A DNA stretch of 17,703 nucleotides from a virus, in the IMG/VR virus record IMGVR_UViG_3300045988_023142, positions 1 through 17,703 of that record. One strand, written 5' to 3'. Below the pieces are notes generated by a model. It did no database searches and was not told the DNA's origin. It was given only the letters and a program-made list of their open reading frames with translations. Shown one piece after another: positions 13,805 to 17,703 of the stretch; position 1 is the stretch's first letter; every line of letters begins with the position of its first letter. A program made the position numbers and the translations under genes.

Positions 13805-15008
13805 TACTTTTTCACAGTGGATCGATCAGACTAAAAACCGTTTTTGGGATATGGATGGCGCGTACGGGGCGCAATGTTGGGACTTATGGGCAAAATATAG
13901 CATGGATATGTACGGTATGTCCATACAGGATTGCATCACCCCTACCGGCTATGCAGGTGGCTTATATACCGCATATCCCGTTTCGGCACGGTGCGAGCAA
14001 GTGTACGAACGCATCCCAGCGGACGGGTATTCGCCGGTGGCCGGTGACGTGGCAATATGGGGGTACGGCACGCACACTCCATACACGCATGTTGCCATAG
14101 TCGCGGGGGATGCGGTAAAAGACGGCAGAATTTACGTGATTACGCAAAATCCTGACGCAAGCGCGTTCAAATGGTTTCCGATCGACGGACTGTTAGGCTA
14201 CTTACATCCCCGTACCATACCTAAGCCGGACGTGGATAATCCCACCGGTGACAACAATCAGGGACGCCCCGACACGGCGCGGGGCGGCGCGTGGATACAC
14301 TGGCAGGGCGACAATCTATACTTACACGAAACTGACAACAGCGGGGCGCGTACGCGCATTTTCTATAAGACTACGGCCAATAATTTTTCGGAAAAAGCGC
14401 CACAGTCGCAACCGTCCGGCTCGCAAGGACAAGGGCACCCGTCAAGCTCGACGTCACCAGAAAACTCTTACGCCTTATACGTGATCGGCACAGTCGAAGC
14501 CAGTTTGCGCTGGGATGCAGTAGAAGCGGCCAACTTGCAGGGTATCGGCATTGCGCAATGGAGCTTCGGCAGACGGTTGCAAGTGTTGGATGCCATGAAA
14601 GCGGCAGACCCAACCGGCTACGCGGCATTCAAAAACGCCGCCCCGCAGATCGCCGCATTAATGGAGAGCGGAGGGGATTTTACGAGAAACCTCACACAGG
14701 CGGAAGCTAGCGCATTCCAGTCATGGGCGGCACGAGGTGAATCCCATGAAGGACAGCGCAAGCAGTTTGCCGAAGATTACGCCGGATATCCGCAGGAATA
14801 CGATGATGATAAAATGCAAATACTGTGGGTCACTGCATACCACCAGTCCCCCGCGAACGCGCTCAAGATACCGAAAGCATCAAACCTCGCACAGCTCAAG
14901 GCCAATATTCTCGCCACCTACCCATTTCAGCCGTACACGAATCGCTACAATCAGGCGTACTCTCTACTCAGCGTGTGGGATGGAAAATCGAATCCGCCCG
15001 CATTCTAA
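13797..15008 (+). CDS. Tail-associated peptidoglycan hydrolase (phi29 gp13 analogue): N-terminal CHAP domain plus C-terminal lysozyme/transglycosylase-like domain, 403 aa
   Basis: The CHAP signature is DMDGAYGAQCWDLW (Cys) and YTHVAIV (His). A Pro/Gly/Ser-rich linker follows. The C-terminal domain has an SLT-like spacing, VEAS...GIGIAQW...AYHQSP; this part is tentative. It sits after the fibre gene, as gp13 does in phi29. Confidence 0.7.
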   Translation: MAITFSQWIDQTKNRFWDMDGAYGAQCWDLWAKYSMDMYGMSIQDCITPTGYAGGLYTAYPVSARCEQVYERIPADGYSPVAGDVAIWGYGTHTPYTHVAIVAGDAVKDGRIYVITQNPDASAFKWFPIDGLLGYLHPRTIPKPDVDNPTGDNNQGRPDTARGGAWIHWQGDNLYLHETDNSGARTRIFYKTTANNFSEKAPQSQPSGSQGQGHPSSSTSPENSYALYVIGTVEASLRWDAVEAANLQGIGIAQWSFGRRLQVLDAMKAADPTGYAAFKNAAPQIAALMESGGDFTRNLTQAEASAFQSWAARGESHEGQRKQFAEDYAGYPQEYDDDKMQILWVTAYHQSPANALKIPKASNLAQLKANILATYPFQPYTNRYNQAYSLLSVWDGKSNPPAF

Positions 15009-15013
15009 ACATG

Positions 15014-15022
15014 TGATATAAT
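15014..15022 (+). promoter_or_regulatory. Extended -10 element TGaTATAAT
   Basis: TG at 15014-15015 and TATAAT at 15017-15022, 6 nt after the tail-lysin stop. No convincing -35. Confidence 0.4.
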
Positions 15023-15077
15023 AAGAAATGTCGGCATGTGATGACTTCCCTTGAGCCGACTAGTACCACAGACAAAT

Positions 15078-15120
15078 GGGGAGTATGACGGTGGTCATGA
15101 CGTCATACTCCCCATTATTC
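15078..15120 (+). terminator. Intrinsic terminator upstream of the packaging ATPase
   Basis: A 13-bp perfect stem GGGGAGTATGACG (15078-15090) / CGTCATACTCCCC (15101-15113) with a 10-nt loop, followed by ATTATTC. The SD GGAGGTG and the ATG at 15140 follow. Confidence 0.65.
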
Positions 15121-15139
15121 ATAATGGAGGTGAGCATAT

Positions 15140-16207
15140 ATGGCATTGCAGACATTAGCCGAAGATGATTACTATGATCTGCATAATCTGCTCACCCGAA
15201 ACGCCCCATGGAATTTCATTATCGGCGCACGAGGACTCGGCAAAACGTTCGCCGCCAAACGATACGGCATCAAAGAATACATCAAGCACGGTCACGAGTT
15301 CATTTATCTTAGGCGTACGGACGTGGAACAACACCGCAAGGAAACCTTCTTCAAAGACATTCAAGAGTTCTTCCCCTCGTACGAATTTCGTGTGAATGGT
15401 GAAAAAGGACAAGTACATAAGGCGTCATGGGACGAAAAGGACTGGCGCACATGCTGTTATTTCGTCGCCCTATCCCAAGCGGGTGGCTTGAAGTCGGTTG
15501 CCTACCCTAAAGTGCACTTGATTATCTTCGACGAAATTTTCCCCGATAACCTACGTTTTTTAAGCAATGAGGTAAATTCTTTTTCCGAATTTTACAACAC
15601 GGTTGACCGTTGGCAGGATAGAACGAAAGTACTGTTTTTGTCTAATGCGGTCCAAAAAGCTAATCCTTATTTTGCGAAATACAGACTCGACATTGGTGCT
15701 CAGCAAGCCAACCAGCAACAATACAAGTTGTATTGCGGGGGTTTCGTTTGTCTCGAATTAGCCGACTATGGCGGATTCTCAGCCAAAGTCGCACAATCAA
15801 AGTTCGGCAGATTCCTTGAACAGTATGACGGCGACTATGCGGATTATGCGATCAGAAACAAGTTCCGAGATGAATCGGACACGTTGCTAGCTCCCATACC
15901 GAGTGACGGCGAACTCTCATATATTTTGGACACTACCGATTACGCTCGATTTGGTATATGGGTAAGTGTGTCCGAACGTGATGGACATGTTTCACAATAT
16001 GTTTCACGACGTGTCCCTAAAGACAATACTAGACCCGTCTACACGTTAGACCCTAATCATGTTGACGAAAAAACATGGTATGTCAAAAAATCAGATGATA
16101 TCATAAGACGACTCACCACCGGCTACCGACTAGGTAAAATAAGGTTTGATGACTCACAGGTCAAAGCCGATTTTGGACTGATCATAGGTGAACTGTTAGG
16201 GAAATAA
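15140..16207 (+). CDS. DNA packaging ATPase (phi29 gp16-like), 355 aa
   Basis: NFIIGARGLGKTFAAK (Walker A) aligns with phi29 NFVIGARGIGKSYAMK. YIKHGHEFIYLRR aligns with FIKYGEQFIYVRR. Walker B is VHLIIFDEIF. LSNAVQKANPYF aligns with LSNAVSVVNPYF, and GKIRFDD with GYLRFDN. Confidence 0.95.
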   Translation: MALQTLAEDDYYDLHNLLTRNAPWNFIIGARGLGKTFAAKRYGIKEYIKHGHEFIYLRRTDVEQHRKETFFKDIQEFFPSYEFRVNGEKGQVHKASWDEKDWRTCCYFVALSQAGGLKSVAYPKVHLIIFDEIFPDNLRFLSNEVNSFSEFYNTVDRWQDRTKVLFLSNAVQKANPYFAKYRLDIGAQQANQQQYKLYCGGFVCLELADYGGFSAKVAQSKFGRFLEQYDGDYADYAIRNKFRDESDTLLAPIPSDGELSYILDTTDYARFGIWVSVSERDGHVSQYVSRRVPKDNTRPVYTLDPNHVDEKTWYVKKSDDIIRRLTTGYRLGKIRFDDSQVKADFGLIIGELLGK

Positions 16208-16219
16208 GGAGAATAATAT

Positions 16220-16591
16220 ATGACAATGACAGCAGCCGACGTATGGTGTGTGTTCGCGGTAGTCTTTTTTATCATTGTGGACTACGTGACCGGCATTGCA
16301 AAAGCCATTTTAAATGATACGCTCAGCTCCCGGAAAATGCGACAAGGATTATGGCATAAGTTCGCCTATCTTATGCTCACCCTAGTCGCCTATTTTATAG
16401 ACATGATCAACCTACACGTAGATCTCGGATTGCCGGTCAGCGTATTCGTATGCACCGTAGGCGGCATTAGCCTAATCGAACTCACCTCGATCCTTGAAAA
16501 CATTACAGCCATCAACCCCGAACTAGCGGACGCACCATTCATGAGCGTGTTCGCACAAACCAATACCCCCAAACACAAGAAGGAAAACTAA
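16220..16591 (+). CDS. Holin (phage_holin_4_1 / TcdE-like family), 123 aa
   Basis: Three hydrophobic segments and the family-typical pattern DYVTGIAKA...S.K...G..HK...ELTSILEN. It has a charged C-terminus (KHKKEN), SD AAGGAGAA, and lies immediately upstream of the endolysin (TAAcATG junction). Confidence 0.85.
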   Translation: MTMTAADVWCVFAVVFFIIVDYVTGIAKAILNDTLSSRKMRQGLWHKFAYLMLTLVAYFIDMINLHVDLGLPVSVFVCTVGGISLIELTSILENITAINPELADAPFMSVFAQTNTPKHKKEN

Positions 16592-16592
16592 C

Positions 16593-17270
16593 ATGAACAT
16601 CTCTGAATGGATGAATAGCGTTAACGGACAGGTTGTAGACATGGACGGCGCGTACGGCGGACAATGCTGGGACCTATGGAGTTCCTACGCGCGAAACGTG
16701 TACGGCATTCCAGCAACCGACACCAACACCGTAGACGGATACGCCGCAAGCGTCTACACCGCACGATATGACCGCTCCCGCGCCCTACAGGACACATTCA
16801 GCCGAGAGGGCGCCGACCATACGCCGGTTTACGGTGACGTGGCATTTTGGAACGGCGCAGGCATGAACCACGTCGCCATTGTCGTCCGAGACAACGGCAA
16901 CGGCACTTTGGAAACCATTTCACAAAACCCAAACAAAGCCGAATACATCACCATCAGCAAGAACGGCATTATCGGATACTTCCACCCACGCTCAACAAGC
17001 GCACCGGCACCGGCACCAGCAAACAACAATGTAACCATTATCCCACGAACCTACAAAGTCAACGTTGACGTACTCAACGTGCGCTCGGCACCGTCCACCT
17101 CAGCACAAGTCGTAGCCCAATACCATTACGGGCAGACAGTCAATTTGTCCGAAGGTGGTGAGATCGCAGACGGATACATTTGGGCACACTACATAGGCGG
17201 CTCAGGAGCCACTAGGTACGTAGCACTCGCCCCAGCCGACAAATCAATGTGGTACCTCGTATTCGCCTGA
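16593..17270 (+). CDS. Endolysin: N-terminal CHAP amidase/peptidase plus C-terminal SH3b-type cell-wall-binding domain, 225 aa
   Basis: CHAP signature DMDGAYGGQCWDLW and NHVAIVV. An APAPAPA linker follows. The C-terminus YKVNVDVLNVRSAPSTSAQVVAQYHYGQTV...GYIWAHY is typical SH3_3/SH3b. Confidence 0.9.
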   Translation: MNISEWMNSVNGQVVDMDGAYGGQCWDLWSSYARNVYGIPATDTNTVDGYAASVYTARYDRSRALQDTFSREGADHTPVYGDVAFWNGAGMNHVAIVVRDNGNGTLETISQNPNKAEYITISKNGIIGYFHPRSTSAPAPAPANNNVTIIPRTYKVNVDVLNVRSAPSTSAQVVAQYHYGQTVNLSEGGEIADGYIWAHYIGGSGATRYVALAPADKSMWYLVFA

Positions 17271-17284
17271 TTAACGGCATAAGA

Positions 17285-17314
17285 AAAGCCCCTAGGTATT
17301 TACCTAGGGGCTTT
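17285..17314. terminator. Bidirectional intrinsic terminator between the convergent endolysin and right-end genes
   Basis: AAAGCCCCTAGG (loop TATTTA) CCTAGGGGCTTT forms a 12-bp stem. It is flanked by an A-run upstream and a T-rich run (CTTTCTTATT) downstream, so it can act on both strands. Confidence 0.8.
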
Positions 17315-17322
17315 CTTATTCA

Positions 17323-17580
17323 TCAGTCGCCATCATCAATCGAAACAGCATATGTACGGCACGGGCGGCCTTTCTTGGAATAACCTTTAGCAACCATGTT
17401 GATATCATAATCGTTACTCAATAAAACCTCCACAATAGTCTCAAGCGCTCCACGGAACGAAAGAGTAGAATCATCCTCCAGCCCGTTATCGGAAACGAAA
17501 CCTCTCCAAACACCGTCAATAATCACCTTATATCGATTGTATTCCTCGAACTCGATAACATATGCAGTAAGGTCTAGCAT
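17323..17580 (-). CDS. Hypothetical acidic right-end early protein (85 aa)
   Basis: This is the only minus-strand gene. Its ATG (17578-17580) is preceded by the ITR-borne SD and promoter-like element, and it ends at the bidirectional terminator. Roughly 17 D/E vs 9 K/R by hand count. No family recognised. Confidence 0.65.
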   Translation of the reverse strand: MLDLTAYVIEFEEYNRYKVIIDGVWRGFVSDNGLEDDSTLSFRGALETIVEVLLSNDYDINMVAKGYSKKGRPCRTYAVSIDDGD

Positions 17581-17584
17581 TTTA

Positions 17585-17703
17585 TTTCCTTTCCCTTGAA
17601 GTTGATAACCACACTATAACACAAACAAACAGACGACACGCCCGGAAACAAAATGAAGCAAAATCCTTAAACACAGATACCGACCGGTCGGTAAGCTACG
17701 GTT
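17585..17703. repeat. Right inverted terminal repeat (119 bp perfect)
   Basis: Exact reverse complement of 1-119. The window ends exactly at the repeat end, which indicates a complete linear genome. Confidence 0.97.
17613..17621 (-). promoter_or_regulatory. Extended -10-like element TGtTATAGT inside the right ITR (mirror of 83-91)
   Basis: Same sequence as 83-91 by ITR identity. It faces inward toward the 85-aa gene. Confidence 0.4.

Noticed and set aside
1-17703. Lysogeny module, tRNAs, CRISPR array, defence islands, transposases
   Set aside because: Nothing resembling an integrase, repressor, cloverleaf tRNA, repeat-spacer array or IS element was seen on either strand. Every sizeable + strand ORF is accounted for by the phi29-like gene set or the small early orphans.

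Overview
The window is bounded by a perfect 119-bp inverted terminal repeat: bases 1-119 are the reverse complement of 17585-17703. It therefore looks like a complete 17.7-kb linear dsDNA genome of a small phi29-like, protein-primed podovirus (Picovirinae/Salasmaviridae type). GC is roughly 50% by eye, not computed. The host is probably Gram-positive, given the CHAP-SH3 endolysin, the holin_4_1-type holin and the AAGGGAGG-type SD sequences. All genes are on the + strand except one. From left to right the genome contains: (1) tightly packed small orphan early genes (126-1778); (2) a replication module in phi29 order, with a p6-like DNA-binding protein, p5-like SSB, terminal protein and protein-primed family-B DNA polymerase (1782-5130); (3) a 230-bp ATG-free structured spacer with its own extended -10 promoter and an intrinsic terminator (5123-5303); (4) a late module with scaffold, Ig-decorated major capsid, tail knob, portal, lower collar, a 173-aa coiled-coil protein, a 54-aa paralogue of the fibre N-terminus, an SGNH-esterase tail fibre and a CHAP plus lysozyme-like tail lysin (5362-15008); (5) a promoter-hairpin-terminator cassette (15014-15120); (6) packaging ATPase, holin and CHAP-SH3 endolysin (15140-17270); (7) one leftward acidic 85-aa gene driven from the right ITR. 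No integrase, repressor, tRNA, CRISPR array or reverse transcriptase was seen, so it looks strictly lytic. All protein similarities were judged by eye against remembered phi29 sequences; no search was run. The leads most worth following are these: the candidate small RNA between the early and late modules (possible pRNA analogue); the unusual polymerase catalytic motifs (no Exo I, YANTDG motif C); ITRs that carry an identical promoter and SD up to the ATG of two unrelated genes, plus a 16-bp palindrome; the stand-alone 54-aa fibre-anchor paralogue; the terminator-gated packaging/lysis cassette; and the orphan early genes.
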